DNA of 64,000 bases from Methanocaldococcus sp. 28A (GTDB lineage Archaea > AGJL01 > Methanococci > Methanococcales > Methanocaldococcaceae), in the NCBI GenBank assembly GCA_049852185.1, contig CP187540.1; one strand, given 5' to 3'. Below the pieces are notes generated by a model. The model made no database searches and had not been told where the DNA came from. It was given only the letters and a program-made list of their open reading frames with translations. Shown one piece after another: positions 47,925 through 59,102 of this stretch (the stretch's first letter is position 1; each line of letters starts with the position of its first letter). The translations under genes and the position numbers were made by a program.

Positions 47925-48170
47925 TTGAAAGTAGAAATACTACATAAAACGCCAAAGGGTTTTTTGATAGGTAGAGGAAAGAAAGAGATAAAGATTGGTT
48001 CAGTTGTTATTTTCAAAAATAAAAAAATTGGTAAGGTAGTAGATATTTTTGGACCAGTAACTAAACCGTATATAAAAATACTTCCAATCAATAAAGATAT
48101 AGAAGTTTCTGGAATTGCATATATTAAAAACGATAAATCCAAATATAAAAATTCCAAGAAGAAAAATTAA
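47925..48170 (+). CDS. gar1: H/ACA RNP protein Gar1
   Basis: IGKVVDIFGPVTKPY; upstream of tfb. Confidence 0.85.
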   Translation: MKVEILHKTPKGFLIGRGKKEIKIGSVVIFKNKKIGKVVDIFGPVTKPYIKILPINKDIEVSGIAYIKNDKSKYKNSKKKN

Positions 48171-48199
48171 AATTTTTTGCTAAAAAACTATAAACTTTA

Positions 48200-50656
48200 A
48201 TGGTGTGGCTTATGGAAGCTCTCACAACTAAAGAAGAAAAAAACTCAAAAGAAAAGAAAATTATAACAAAATCCGAAAAATGTGAAAAAAAAGAAAGTAA
48301 TATTGGTGAAGAAGAAATTGTTTGTCCAATTTGTGGTAGTAAGGAAGTTGTTAAAGATTATGAAAGAGCAGAGATAGTTTGTGCCAAATGTGGATGTGTT
48401 ATTAAAGAGAAGTTGTTTGATATTGGACCAGAGTGGAGAGCATTTGACCATGAACAAAAGATTAAGAGATGTAGAGTTGGAGCTCCTATGACTTACAGTG
48501 TGGATTATAATGAACCTATAATAATTAGAGAAAATGGGGAGATAAAAGTTGTTAAAATTGGAGAACTTATAAACAAAATCATTGAAAATGCAGAGAATGT
48601 TAGAAGAGATGGAATTTTAGAGATTGCTAAATGTGAAGGCATTGAAGTTATTGCCTTTGACAGCTACTATAAACTCAAATTCATGCCTGTTTCAGAGGTT
48701 TCAAGACATCCAGTTAATGAGATGTTTGAAATTGTTGTTGAAGGAAATAAAAAAGTCAAAGTTACTGGAAGCCATAGTGTCTTCACCATAAAAGATAATG
48801 AGATTGTCCCAATAAGGGTTGATGAGCTAAAAGTTGGAGATATATTGGTTTTAGCAAAAGAATTGCCAAATGTTGAAGAAGAAATTGAGATTAACTTAAT
48901 TGATGTTGTAAAAGATTTAGAAAATGTTTATGTCCAATTTGACTATCCTTATGAAAATAAAGATTGGAGAAGAAGAAAATCTGCCCCATTAAAATATGTT
49001 TTAGAGAATAATATCCCAATTCCAGATAATGCCACAATTAGACTTAGAAGTGGTAAATCCCTTCCAGTAAAAATAAAGGTAGATGAGAAATTTGCTAAGA
49101 TATTAGGATATTTCATTGCTGAAGGACATTATGATAATAGAAAAATTGTATTTTCATTTGGCTCTCATGAGAAAGAGTATATAAAAGAAGTTGTTGATTA
49201 CTTCAAATCCTTAAACTTAAATCCAATCGTTTATGATAAGAGCTCAAGTGTCCAAATTGAGATAAACAGCAAAATATTGGTTGAGTTATTCAAAAAATTA
49301 AATATAAAAAGTGGAGCAAAGAATAAAAGAGTACCACCAATTGTATTCAAATTCCCAGAAAACTTAAAGAAAGCCTTCCTTATAGGATACTTCAATGGAG
49401 ATGGCAATCTATACATCAATGAGAAGTATTCAACAGTTCAGTTAAAAGCAGTTTCTGCATCAAAAGAACTTATTGAAGATTTAGCATTCTTACTATTGCA
49501 GTTGGGAATTAATGCAAACTATGGGGAGGAGTTTATTAAAGGACATGTAATTGAAAAAACTGGGCAATATATTAAAGATAGCCATTCATACATGCTAATA
49601 ATAACAAATCCAGAAGACATAGAAAAATTAGGATACATAAGCAATTATCAGAAAGAAAACAAAAAACCTCCAATTTCTGAGTTAATACCAGCTCCTTATG
49701 GGTATAGAAAAGAATGGAAATTTAGAGATAGAGAAAAAATAAGTAGAGACCTTGCATTGAAAATTGCCAAAAAATACAACGATAGAAAACTCGAAAAACT
49801 CATTAACTCTGATTTCATATTCTTAAAGATTAAAGAAATTAATAAAGTTCAACCAACTAACAACTATGCTTATGATTTAACAGTGCCTAATGCTGAAAAC
49901 TTTGTTGCTGGATTTGGTGGATTTGTATTACACAACACAATACATGATAAAGGTTTATCAACAGTTATTGATTGGAGAAATAAAGATAGTTATGGAAAAG
50001 ACTTATCCGCAAACAAAAGAGCTCAACTCTATAGATTAAGAAAATGGCAGAGAAGAATTAGAGTCAGTGATGCTGCAGAAAGAAATTTAGCATTTGCTTT
50101 ATCAGAATTAGATAGAATTACATCAAAACTTGGATTGCCAAGACATGTAAGGGAGAATGCTGCTATAATTTACAGAGGAGCTGTTGAGAAAGGATTAATA
50201 AGGGGGAGAAGCATTGAAGGAGTAGTTGCAGCTGCTATTTACGCAGCTTGTAGAAGATGTAGAGTGCCAAGAACATTAGACGAGATTGCTGAAGCATCAA
50301 GAGTGGATAGAAAGGAAATTGGTAGAACATACAGATTCTTAGCAAGAGAGTTAGGAATAAAATTAACCCCAACAAATCCTATCGATTACGTGCCAAGATT
50401 TGCTTCCGAACTTGGATTGCCTGGAGAAGTTGAATCTAAAGCAATACAAATATTGCAGCAGGCAGCTGAAAAAGGATTAACAAGTGGTAGAGGCCCTACT
50501 GGAGTTGCTGCTGCAGCAATATATATTGCAAGTGTCTTACTTGGCTGTAGAAGAACTCAGAGAGAAGTTGCTGAAGTTGCAGGAGTGACAGAAGTGACAA
50601 TAAGAAACAGATATAAAGAGCTAACAGAACACTTAGATATTGATGTTACTTTGTAA
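48200..50656 (+). CDS. tfb: Transcription initiation factor IIB precursor with intein
   Basis: Zn ribbon CPIC..CAKC, GPEWRAF, two cyclin repeats. Confidence 0.96.
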   Translation: MVWLMEALTTKEEKNSKEKKIITKSEKCEKKESNIGEEEIVCPICGSKEVVKDYERAEIVCAKCGCVIKEKLFDIGPEWRAFDHEQKIKRCRVGAPMTYSVDYNEPIIIRENGEIKVVKIGELINKIIENAENVRRDGILEIAKCEGIEVIAFDSYYKLKFMPVSEVSRHPVNEMFEIVVEGNKKVKVTGSHSVFTIKDNEIVPIRVDELKVGDILVLAKELPNVEEEIEINLIDVVKDLENVYVQFDYPYENKDWRRRKSAPLKYVLENNIPIPDNATIRLRSGKSLPVKIKVDEKFAKILGYFIAEGHYDNRKIVFSFGSHEKEYIKEVVDYFKSLNLNPIVYDKSSSVQIEINSKILVELFKKLNIKSGAKNKRVPPIVFKFPENLKKAFLIGYFNGDGNLYINEKYSTVQLKAVSASKELIEDLAFLLLQLGINANYGEEFIKGHVIEKTGQYIKDSHSYMLIITNPEDIEKLGYISNYQKENKKPPISELIPAPYGYRKEWKFRDREKISRDLALKIAKKYNDRKLEKLINSDFIFLKIKEINKVQPTNNYAYDLTVPNAENFVAGFGGFVLHNTIHDKGLSTVIDWRNKDSYGKDLSANKRAQLYRLRKWQRRIRVSDAAERNLAFALSELDRITSKLGLPRHVRENAAIIYRGAVEKGLIRGRSIEGVVAAAIYAACRRCRVPRTLDEIAEASRVDRKEIGRTYRFLARELGIKLTPTNPIDYVPRFASELGLPGEVESKAIQILQQAAEKGLTSGRGPTGVAAAAIYIASVLLGCRRTQREVAEVAGVTEVTIRNRYKELTEHLDIDVTL
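48497..49936 (+). mobile_element. 480-aa intein with LAGLIDADG endonuclease in TFB
   Basis: Y|SVD start, VTGSH block B, LGYFIAEG and LIGYFNGDG motifs, YDLTV..ENF, VLHN|T end. Confidence 0.93.
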
Positions 50657-50718
50657 GTTAAAAAAATAATTTAAAATTTCTTGTTAATAGAATTTAATCA
50701 TTTTTAAGGTGGTGTATA

Positions 50719-52284
50719 TTGGGATTATTAGATAAAATCCAAAAAAAGACTGAAAAAAGTATTATAAAAGAATCAAAACCTACATTAAGTAAAGGTTTAT
50801 TATTAAAACGTAGTGTAATTAAAGATGAAAATGTATTAGATTCATATGTAGTTAATGTTGATGATATAAGTGTAGAGGTAGTGATAAAAAAAGAAGAGGG
50901 TTATCTATATTATTTAATACCAGAAATTGAAAAGATTGAAAATTCACTATCAAAACTTTCAAAAGATAACATTAATTTAATAAAAATGCAGATTGGAGAG
51001 CTTGGATTAATTGAATATAAACAAATAAAAGAGTATTTATCTGATTTTTCCGTAAGATATAATTTAAGTATTCCATATATTGATTCATTAGCTAAGTATT
51101 TTTATCTAATATCCGGTAGATTAGGGTTATTAGAAATTCCCCTAAATGATGACCAATTAGAAGAAGTTATGGTTAATGGATATAACGTTCCAGTATTTGT
51201 ATTTCATAGAAAACACCAAATGTGTGAAACAAATATTATATTAGACAGAAACGAAGTAGATAGAATCATAGAAAGTATTGCAAATTTAGTTAATAGACCA
51301 ATAGATTCTAGAGTCCCGATGCTCGACGCTTTCTTACCAGACGGTAGTAGGGTAAATGCTACTACAGCAGATATAACTATGAATGGAGCTACTTTAACAA
51401 TAAGAAAGTTCTCTAAAAATCCATTAACCGTTATAGATTTAATAAACTTTGGGACATTAGATTTGGATGTCGCTGCCTTTTTATGGCAAGTAGTTGAAGG
51501 GTATTTTGGAGCTAAGCCAGCTAATACATTAATCGTCGGTGGAACAGGTTCTGGAAAAACTACATTATTGAATGTTTTATCATTATTTTCAATGTACAAT
51601 GAAAGAATTATTACCATAGAAGATACTCCAGAATTACAAATTCCTCATAAACACGTTATAAAAATGGTTACAAGACCTGCAAGACCTGGAATGCCTGAAT
51701 ATGAGGTTACAATGGACGATTTAATTAAAAATGCTCTAAGAATGAGGCCAGATAGAATATTTGTCGGAGAAGTTAGAGGAGAAGAAGCACACTCATTACT
51801 TGTTGCTATGAATACAGGACACGATGGTTGTTCAGGAACATTACACGCAAATAGTGCCGATGAAGCTATTTTAAGATTAACAAGCCCTCCAATGAATGTC
51901 CCAAAAATTATGTTAACAGCATTAGATTTTATTATAAATCAGCAAAGAATTAAAAGAGGAGGAAAAACAATTAGGAGAATTCTTGAGATTTTAGAGATTG
52001 TAAAAGGTAGAATGGGTGAAGGAAGTAGCTTAGCTAAAACCACACTTTATGAATACAATGGTTTAAAGGATTCTTTAGAAAGAAAAGGTATTTGTATGTG
52101 GGAAGAAGAAGTCTGTGAGATTGCGGGCATTTCAAGAGAAGAATTACTAAGAGATCGAGAAAATAGAAAAAAAGTTCTAAATTACTTATATAAAAATAAT
52201 ATAAAAAAACTTGAAGATGTCTCTAAGTATATTACGGCTTATCAATCTGACCCTGAGAAACTTTTAAGGACCCTATCTATTTAA
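50719..52284 (+). CDS. CpaF/TadA (KlbA-like) secretion ATPase, intein-free
   Basis: GGTGSGKTT, TIEDTPE, LRMRPDR..VGEVRG, NTGHDGC. Confidence 0.92.
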   Translation: MGLLDKIQKKTEKSIIKESKPTLSKGLLLKRSVIKDENVLDSYVVNVDDISVEVVIKKEEGYLYYLIPEIEKIENSLSKLSKDNINLIKMQIGELGLIEYKQIKEYLSDFSVRYNLSIPYIDSLAKYFYLISGRLGLLEIPLNDDQLEEVMVNGYNVPVFVFHRKHQMCETNIILDRNEVDRIIESIANLVNRPIDSRVPMLDAFLPDGSRVNATTADITMNGATLTIRKFSKNPLTVIDLINFGTLDLDVAAFLWQVVEGYFGAKPANTLIVGGTGSGKTTLLNVLSLFSMYNERIITIEDTPELQIPHKHVIKMVTRPARPGMPEYEVTMDDLIKNALRMRPDRIFVGEVRGEEAHSLLVAMNTGHDGCSGTLHANSADEAILRLTSPPMNVPKIMLTALDFIINQQRIKRGGKTIRRILEILEIVKGRMGEGSSLAKTTLYEYNGLKDSLERKGICMWEEEVCEIAGISREELLRDRENRKKVLNYLYKNNIKKLEDVSKYITAYQSDPEKLLRTLSI

Positions 52285-52307
52285 ATTTATTTTATTTGGG
52301 GATAGAT

Positions 52308-53366
52308 ATGTCTGAAAATCTAAAACAAAAAATTAAAAAAATAAAAATTAAACTATATATTACACTGTATAAATTGGGGTTTATTTCTTTAAATTCCGAA
52401 ACTATTTCTGAACTCAAAAAAATGAGTAAAGAATTAGGATTAGACATTTCTGAATTATATAGTACAGATGTTTCTGAATTTTACGGAGTATATATAGAAC
52501 CAGAATATATCATAGACTATGAAAAATATAAAGAGTATGAACATCTATTATATAATGAAGAATTTATTAGAGTACCTGCAGAGTCAATATCTAACATCTT
52601 AAGTGGTTCAAGAATATTTTCAAAAAATTTACTCAAATATATTGGATACGATAACGAAGTGGAGTATTTTAAAAGGGTTATATTATTCATGATAATTACA
52701 TTTTTTGGAATTTTAATATTTGAAGCATTAGGTGGTGACATACTTGGAGGTATTTATAGGGGGGTTTTTGGTGCTATTATAATTTTAGTTTTATCTATAT
52801 TTTATCCAAAAATTAGGTTAATATTGTTTAGAGGAGAAATAAAAATGCAGGTGCTATTTGCTTTACTGTATATGATATCTTTACTTAGGGCAGGTGCTTC
52901 TCTTCCAGAAGTTCTTGGAGCCATTTCAAAAAGTAACGAATATGGGATTATCTCTTTTGAAGTAAGGACTATAATTAGAGATATCAATGTTTCAGGATAT
53001 TCCCTATTAGAAGCTCTTGAAAGGGCAAAATTAAGAACTGAGATTCCTTTATTAAAAAAATTATATGAACAAATGATTATTGGACATAACAAGGGTAATT
53101 TAGCTCTGTTATTAGAGAAATTATATGAAGATATTGTTAGAGAATCCATGGTAAAGTTAGATTCATCAAAATTTATGATACAAAACCTTGGAAACTTAGC
53201 GTTTGGAGTAGGATTAGTCCTTCCATTTAGTGGTATGGTGTTATCAGCAATGATAGCCAACCAAGGATTTCAAGGAATATTAAATACTATTGATTTACTA
53301 TTAACAAAGATTGGGCCTTTATTGACTATAATATTTGGAATATTTGTAAAAATGAAAATAGAATAA
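52308..53366 (+). CDS. Type II secretion F / TadB-TadC-like membrane protein
   Basis: T2SSF pattern LLRAGASL.E.L and transmembrane segments; follows the ATPase. Confidence 0.8.
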   Translation: MSENLKQKIKKIKIKLYITLYKLGFISLNSETISELKKMSKELGLDISELYSTDVSEFYGVYIEPEYIIDYEKYKEYEHLLYNEEFIRVPAESISNILSGSRIFSKNLLKYIGYDNEVEYFKRVILFMIITFFGILIFEALGGDILGGIYRGVFGAIIILVLSIFYPKIRLILFRGEIKMQVLFALLYMISLLRAGASLPEVLGAISKSNEYGIISFEVRTIIRDINVSGYSLLEALERAKLRTEIPLLKKLYEQMIIGHNKGNLALLLEKLYEDIVRESMVKLDSSKFMIQNLGNLAFGVGLVLPFSGMVLSAMIANQGFQGILNTIDLLLTKIGPLLTIIFGIFVKMKIE

Positions 53367-53592
53367 AATAATATGATATTTAAAATGTCTGTATAATCTG
53401 TATAATGATAAACTATAGTCAAATGTTCATATCGGATATGGACGTTATCAATATAACCTCTCTATGTGTTCATTGGCTTAGATATTTTTGCATTAATAAA
53501 TGTTTTATATTATATCATCCCTTGGGCATCTAATTGAAGTTATATTAAATAAATATTATTTTATTATTAAACTATTTTATTAGGGGGGTACA

Positions 53593-54498
53593 ATGAATAA
53601 ATATCTAGAGTTGATGTATTATCTCACTATTAAAAAAAATGTTATATTACTTAGAAAACTCGGAAGAAAGATAGATGAAAAGAGATTTGTTGCATTTTTG
53701 ATATTTATTGCTGTAGTGGTTGCACTATTATGCTACATTTTATTAATAGTCAATCTAAGAAGCTTAATACTTTTTGTTTTCTTATATGTCGGAACTGCTC
53801 TATATCTGCCACAAATTTTATATGAAAATAAGATAGAAAGATTAGAACGCAATATTCCTAAAGCTCTTTATGTTATGATACTATCTCTTGAATCGGGAAG
53901 GTCTGTAAATGAAGCCTTAGAGGAAGTGGTTAAAAGCAATATAAAAGAAGTTAGCAGTATTTTTAGAAAAGTTCTCTACCTAATGGAAAAACAGAAATTA
54001 AGCTTTGAAGAATCGATAAATATTGTATCCAACTTATATGACTCTAAAATTCTAAGAATGTTAGCAAGAATTATGATTGAAAATAGGAAATATGGAGGAA
54101 ATTTATCTGATTCCTTAAAAATTTTAGCTAAAACTCTTGAAGATTTTGAATTATATAAAAGGCAGTTGTTAAGTGTTACAGGTACAGGGTTAGCAGTTGG
54201 TTTCATTATACTTTGTGGAGTAATTCCAGCCGTTGCTGGGTTGTTAGGTGCTTATTTAATTTCAGTATCTACTTTGATGTCTGGGATTTCAGCACCTTTG
54301 CCCCCTGTAACCCCAGAAGATATTGCAAAAGGCTTAGAAATTGTTCAAATAGGGTCAGCCATTATTGGAGCATTATTCGCGATTCCATTATTTGGATTAA
54401 ATTTGGGAAGGATGTTTCTAATATCTACTCTAACATCAACAATTAGTGTTCTAACATACTATGCAATACTAAAAGTTGCACCAGGGTTCTTTACCTAA
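53593..54498 (+). CDS. Type II secretion F / TadB-TadC-like membrane protein
   Basis: IPKAL..M..SLESG.S..EAL, YGGNL.D.L. Confidence 0.8.
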   Translation: MNKYLELMYYLTIKKNVILLRKLGRKIDEKRFVAFLIFIAVVVALLCYILLIVNLRSLILFVFLYVGTALYLPQILYENKIERLERNIPKALYVMILSLESGRSVNEALEEVVKSNIKEVSSIFRKVLYLMEKQKLSFEESINIVSNLYDSKILRMLARIMIENRKYGGNLSDSLKILAKTLEDFELYKRQLLSVTGTGLAVGFIILCGVIPAVAGLLGAYLISVSTLMSGISAPLPPVTPEDIAKGLEIVQIGSAIIGALFAIPLFGLNLGRMFLISTLTSTISVLTYYAILKVAPGFFT

Positions 54499-54509
54499 CT
54501 ATATCCCTA

Positions 54510-55019
54510 TTATTTTAAAAGATTATTTATCTCCTCATTTAATAAAATAATTCGTTTAATTGAAGGATGATTTTCACCAAGTTTCTTTTCAAATTTTTTT
54601 ATAACATCATCTATCTCTACTCTTTTAGTTCCAAATATTAAATTATCTGCATGAGCTACAATCTTTTCTTCTAAGGTTATTGGCAAATAATCTTTTGGTG
54701 GTAATCCAAGCTCTATAGCTTCTTCTTTTGTTATTCCTGCTCCAATATGTCTCTCAGCTATTAATGCAAGTTTCTCATCAAATCCTAACTCTCTTAAAAT
54801 TTCAGCCCCTACAACTCCATGCTCTATTCCATGAGTTTTACTTCTTCCAATATCATGCAATAAACTTCCCAATCTAACAAGCTCAACATCAACACTATAT
54901 CCGTTGTTTTTTATAGCTAAAGCTAATTCATAGGCATATTCTGAAACTGCTAAACAATGTTCTACCACATCCTTAGAACATAAATTTTTTAAAATAGATA
55001 GTGCTTTTTCAAACTCCAT
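54510..55019 (-). CDS. HDIG-domain protein (TIGR00295-like)
   Basis: H..AV, LLHDIG, HG..G, ERH.GAG, AHAD. Confidence 0.88.
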   Translation of the reverse strand: MEFEKALSILKNLCSKDVVEHCLAVSEYAYELALAIKNNGYSVDVELVRLGSLLHDIGRSKTHGIEHGVVGAEILRELGFDEKLALIAERHIGAGITKEEAIELGLPPKDYLPITLEEKIVAHADNLIFGTKRVEIDDVIKKFEKKLGENHPSIKRIILLNEEINNLLK

Positions 55020-55081
55020 GTTCTCACTCTAAATTCAATAGCTGGAAAAATTATACACAAGTTAAGTTTTTTATTTAAAAG

Positions 55082-55639
55082 TTATTTTAAAAAAGGATTG
55101 TTCTTTAATTCTTCCTTTAAAAATTTTATTTGCTCCTCTAAATCTTTAATTAATTTACTATTGTCAAATTCTTGTAGCATATTTCCACAACCAGGACACG
55201 TAAATCCATAATCCATTGCTTCTTCAAATGTAAATCTTACATTACAATTTGAACAGAAGAAAAACATGTTATTTTTCTCAAACTCTAACTTTTCTTTAAG
55301 GTCCTTAATTAACTCATTTATTTTCTTTTTTACTACATAAGGAAGTTTTTCAAGTGTTGGCAGCCAAGTATAGGAATACCAATTGGTATCTTCATCTTTC
55401 CATTTTTTGTAATCAACCAATCTTGCATCATACAGCTTATAAAGTAATTTCCTAACTACATTAAGCTTTACTCCAAGTTCTTTAGCAATCTCATCCTCTG
55501 TAGTCTCACCTTTCTCTAAAAGAACCTCTATTAATTCAAATCCTTTTTCTTCTCCTTCAAATATATTAAATAGAACTTCTTGAATCAGAGGGTCGTTTAA
55601 CATTTCATATATCCTCTCTATCTTGTTTTCTTTTTTCAT
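55082..55639 (-). CDS. tfe: Transcription factor E
   Basis: wHTH (VRKLLYKLYD, WYSYTW) plus CxxC..F..A..F.CP.CG. Confidence 0.93.
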   Translation of the reverse strand: MKKENKIERIYEMLNDPLIQEVLFNIFEGEEKGFELIEVLLEKGETTEDEIAKELGVKLNVVRKLLYKLYDARLVDYKKWKDEDTNWYSYTWLPTLEKLPYVVKKKINELIKDLKEKLEFEKNNMFFFCSNCNVRFTFEEAMDYGFTCPGCGNMLQEFDNSKLIKDLEEQIKFLKEELKNNPFLK

Positions 55640-56714
55640 ACTCTGCACACTCCTTATAAACGCTGTTTATTATTGATTTAATGTTTTCTTTTGCAATTAC
55701 TGTAGCTATAGGTTCTCCTTTCTCTATAACTGCATTTTTCTTTGGAATATCATATACAAAGTCTCTTTTTGATATATTTGCAATAATTTTTTCTTTAGCA
55801 AACAGTATTCTCTTTATATATGTCTCTTTTAGTTTAATATCTTTGGTATATTTGTTATTTAATAGAGCTTTTGCTAAATTTTGAGATGCACTCAGCTCTA
55901 TAGTTTCAAACGTTCCTAAAATTCGTGGGTTTATATCAACAATACATGGTTCATTATCTTTAATTAAAAAATCAATTCCATTCATCCCTTTTAGTCCAAA
56001 AGCTTCTATAACTTCACTAAATATTTCAATAAACTTATTTGGCAAATTTAGATATGGTGTTAAATTTCCAGCATACATTCCCTTAATAATAATTTGTTTG
56101 TTAAAGGTTATAAATGTATTGCCTATAAAGTTAGCACTAAAACTTTTCCCTCTAATATATTCTTGAGCAATAATTGGGAATTTGATATTACAAATTAACT
56201 CATTACTAAAATCCTTTAAATTTAGCTTTATAACTCCTCCTCCACTACCATAAATAGGCTTTAAAACACAGGATTTAAATTCCTCCAAAAATTTATATAA
56301 TTGAGTTTTATTGTTAATTTTCTTTGTTTCTGGTACATCAAAACCTAAATTTTTTAATTTTTTATATGTTTTAAATTTATTGGATATTTCATTTATCTTT
56401 TTTGGCTCGTTACCTACAACATTATCCCATTTTGGAATTTTCGAATTTTCGAATTCAAAAACACCTGAAGTTATAAAGATATAATCAACTTCATCAACTA
56501 ATTCATTAGCTATCTCAATTAATCTATTTTCATCATAATTTTCTCTCAACTTTCCATGAACTAAAGGATTTATCAGATAATATTTTTTATCAGCATTTAA
56601 ATCTTCTGGAGCATAGTAAGAAACAGAATATACATAGAATCCTAATTTTTTGAGAGAATTAACTACAGGTCTTGTATTAACTCCTAAAACCAAAGCTTTC
56701 AAATTCTCCCTCAT
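55605..56714 (-). CDS. ATP-grasp domain protein
   Basis: LKP..GSGG, QEYI.G, GIDF, DINPR. First 25 aa of the track ORF come from a MITE; start is 56714 or TTG 56702. Confidence 0.85.
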   Translation of the reverse strand: MRENLKALVLGVNTRPVVNSLKKLGFYVYSVSYYAPEDLNADKKYYLINPLVHGKLRENYDENRLIEIANELVDEVDYIFITSGVFEFENSKIPKWDNVVGNEPKKINEISNKFKTYKKLKNLGFDVPETKKINNKTQLYKFLEEFKSCVLKPIYGSGGGVIKLNLKDFSNELICNIKFPIIAQEYIRGKSFSANFIGNTFITFNKQIIIKGMYAGNLTPYLNLPNKFIEIFSEVIEAFGLKGMNGIDFLIKDNEPCIVDINPRILGTFETIELSASQNLAKALLNNKYTKDIKLKETYIKRILFAKEKIIANISKRDFVYDIPKKNAVIEKGEPIATVIAKENIKSIINSVYKECAEYEKRKQDREDI

Positions 56715-56716
56715 TA

Positions 56717-56831
56717 TATAGTTGTATGCAAAATGAAATAAACTTTTATAAGGATAATTTGAATGCCTTTCTTTAAGGAAGGCATTCACTAATTCCTTAT
56801 TTTATTTAAGATAGTTTTGCACACAACTATA
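56717..56831. mobile_element. MITE family A, copy 4
   Basis: TATAGTTGTATGCAAAA...TTTTGCACACAACTATA, near-identical to copy 3. Confidence 0.9.
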
Positions 56832-56886
56832 ATTGGTTTGTGGATAAAATAGCTAAAAAATATATATTAAATTTGGATGCATTCAA

Positions 56887-56959
56887 TAGGACTTTCGCAG
56901 GAATAAATGTTTTAAGGCAATTTTCATTATAGAAAGATATATAAACCGCGAAAGTCCTA
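56887..56959. mobile_element. MITE family B, copy 2
   Basis: TAGGACTTTCGC...GCGAAAGTCCTA flanked by TTCAA direct repeat. Confidence 0.8.
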
Positions 56960-57898
56960 TTCAAGTTCTCTCCGTAATTCTCCAAGTGTTGTTACTTTTT
57001 CAGCAAATGCATCATGTCTATGAATACTTTCCATATTTATCTGCCTAATTGAAACCTTTGTTTCATCTGGTAGATGTTTAAACTTCTCTACAACTCTTTT
57101 AGCCATCTCTCTAACACAATCCTCAACAAATTTAGGATTTTTATGGCTTTGTTCAACAACATAAGCTTCATCAGCTCTTTTCAAAATTCCATAAATCTCA
57201 GCACTCATGGATTTTTTAATTATATCAATGATATCCATAATCTCTATATCATAACCTGTAGGAATTTCTAATATAATTCTACCAATTCCTCTCTGGTTGT
57301 GAGTAGCAAATATAACAGAATCCAATATTTTCTCAATATCTTCATCAGAAAATCCTTTTTCCTTTAAATTTCTAATAGATATCTCTTTTATTAAATTTTG
57401 AGCACATGGACAAGCAGTGATGCCAATAACTTCAGCCCCAACAATTTTTGTTATTTCAATTTTATCATCTTTCTTTATTCCTTTAGCTCCACCCATAATT
57501 TTATGTATCTCTTGAGAATATTTCTCAGATATTGGGCTTTTCTCCTTAGTCATGAAATCACTAACCATAAAAACCTCTGTCTCTGTAGCGTATTCATGTT
57601 TCTCAAACAATCTCCTAACAATCTCTTCACAAATTGTTTCTATCTCATAACTCTCCATCTCTAATGCTTCATCTATTATTCCCTCTATAACTTCAGGATT
57701 TCTTGACATGTGAATACCTTTTTGTGAGCTCGGCAAATTAACAAAAACTTCAAAAGTAGATAATAAAATAATAGGTCGTTTATTTTTTCTTTTTAGTCTA
57801 ACAAGTTTTTTTAGATTTGTAACTCCTACTCTTGTTAAAGATATTTTAACATCTGGCTCAAAATTTTGAACATCACATATCCAATTCATCATCTTCAC
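56957..57898 (-). CDS. mptA: GTP cyclohydrolase IV MptA
   Basis: DVQ, KGIHMSRN, TACPCA, THNQR, PKFVED.VR, ESIH.HDA. Confidence 0.93.
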   Translation of the reverse strand: MKMMNWICDVQNFEPDVKISLTRVGVTNLKKLVRLKRKNKRPIILLSTFEVFVNLPSSQKGIHMSRNPEVIEGIIDEALEMESYEIETICEEIVRRLFEKHEYATETEVFMVSDFMTKEKSPISEKYSQEIHKIMGGAKGIKKDDKIEITKIVGAEVIGITACPCAQNLIKEISIRNLKEKGFSDEDIEKILDSVIFATHNQRGIGRIILEIPTGYDIEIMDIIDIIKKSMSAEIYGILKRADEAYVVEQSHKNPKFVEDCVREMAKRVVEKFKHLPDETKVSIRQINMESIHRHDAFAEKVTTLGELRRELE

Positions 57899-59102
57899 CT
57901 ATTAAGACATCCCTAAGTTCTTTAGACAGTCTATAATACACATTGTTTCCATCCCTTTCTTTATAAATATATCCCATCTCATAAATGTCAGAAAGATGAG
58001 TTCCAATAGTACTTGGTGATTTTTTTAAATATTCAGAAAGTTGAGTTACAGTTGCAGAACCTCCAAGCTCCGCCATTGCCCTAACAATCTCTGACTGGGC
58101 AGGAGTTAAATGATTTAGAATTTGATGCCCTACACTAATCCCAAGAGAATGCATAGCCTCTTTAACGACTCTCTCATCTATTTTGGTTAAACCTTTTCTT
58201 ATAGCTATTGATATAGACTCAGAGCACGTCATTATTATCTTTCTTGGAATACCATCACACTCTTCAACAATCTTGTGTATAGCATCTTCAGTAAACGGCT
58301 CAAATTCCTCAGCACCATCTATATGCGCATCCTCTAATCTTCTTCTGATTAAATCATAGGACTCATCTTTTGATAAAGGAGGCATATTTATTATCTTTGG
58401 AATTCTATCTTTTATTGGTGGAGATATTTTTGTCAAATCATCCATTAATGTTGGGGAACCTGCCATGAAGGTTAAAATCCCTTCTTCATACAAAAATGAG
58501 TGGAAAAATTGTAATAAAGATAAACAGCTTTTTTTTGCAAATTGGTCTGCTTCATCAATTAATATTATACATAACTTATCATGGCTTTTAACTTCATTTA
58601 TTAAATATTCTAAGTCTCTTTCAATTCTTTCTCTTGGATAATGTATAGGAACTTTATCTCCATAGTTATTTAACTTTCTATACATGTCCAAAATTCTATT
58701 TGAATGCACCATATAATCAGATTTTATAGTTCCACTCATAGTTAAAATATTTTCAGTTAATATATTGTATAAAAGTTGTATCAAAAACTGTCTTGGCGTT
58801 ATTTGAGAGGCTGTTAGCTCAACTACCCAGTGTCCCTGCTTTTTTGTAGCATAGTATATGATGTTAAGCATTGAACTCTTTCCTATCCCCTTAGTCCCAA
58901 CTATTGCAGCATTAGCTACACTACCATGCAAAGCAGAACCTAAGATTTCTCCAATCTCCCTCAACTCACTAACTCTACCAACAAAAAACTTTGTATTGCC
59001 TCTTATTGGCTTCTCAGAAAATGGATTATATTTTAATTTCAATTTATGCATGGTGCTTGCTATAGAGCTTGCAGATTTTTGTATAAACTCTATTGGGTCC
59101 AT
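57873..59102 (-). CDS. AAA+ ATPase with C-terminal wHTH; divergent Orc1/Cdc6-like (MJ0774-like)
   Basis: NPF..FVGR..E, GTKGIGKSS, IDEAD, GIPR, ArsR-like HTH (STIGTHLSDIYEMG). Confidence 0.8.
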   Translation of the reverse strand: MDPIEFIQKSASSIASTMHKLKLKYNPFSEKPIRGNTKFFVGRVSELREIGEILGSALHGSVANAAIVGTKGIGKSSMLNIIYYATKKQGHWVVELTASQITPRQFLIQLLYNILTENILTMSGTIKSDYMVHSNRILDMYRKLNNYGDKVPIHYPRERIERDLEYLINEVKSHDKLCIILIDEADQFAKKSCLSLLQFFHSFLYEEGILTFMAGSPTLMDDLTKISPPIKDRIPKIINMPPLSKDESYDLIRRRLEDAHIDGAEEFEPFTEDAIHKIVEECDGIPRKIIMTCSESISIAIRKGLTKIDERVVKEAMHSLGISVGHQILNHLTPAQSEIVRAMAELGGSATVTQLSEYLKKSPSTIGTHLSDIYEMGYIYKERDGNNVYYRLSKELRDVLIGEDDELDM

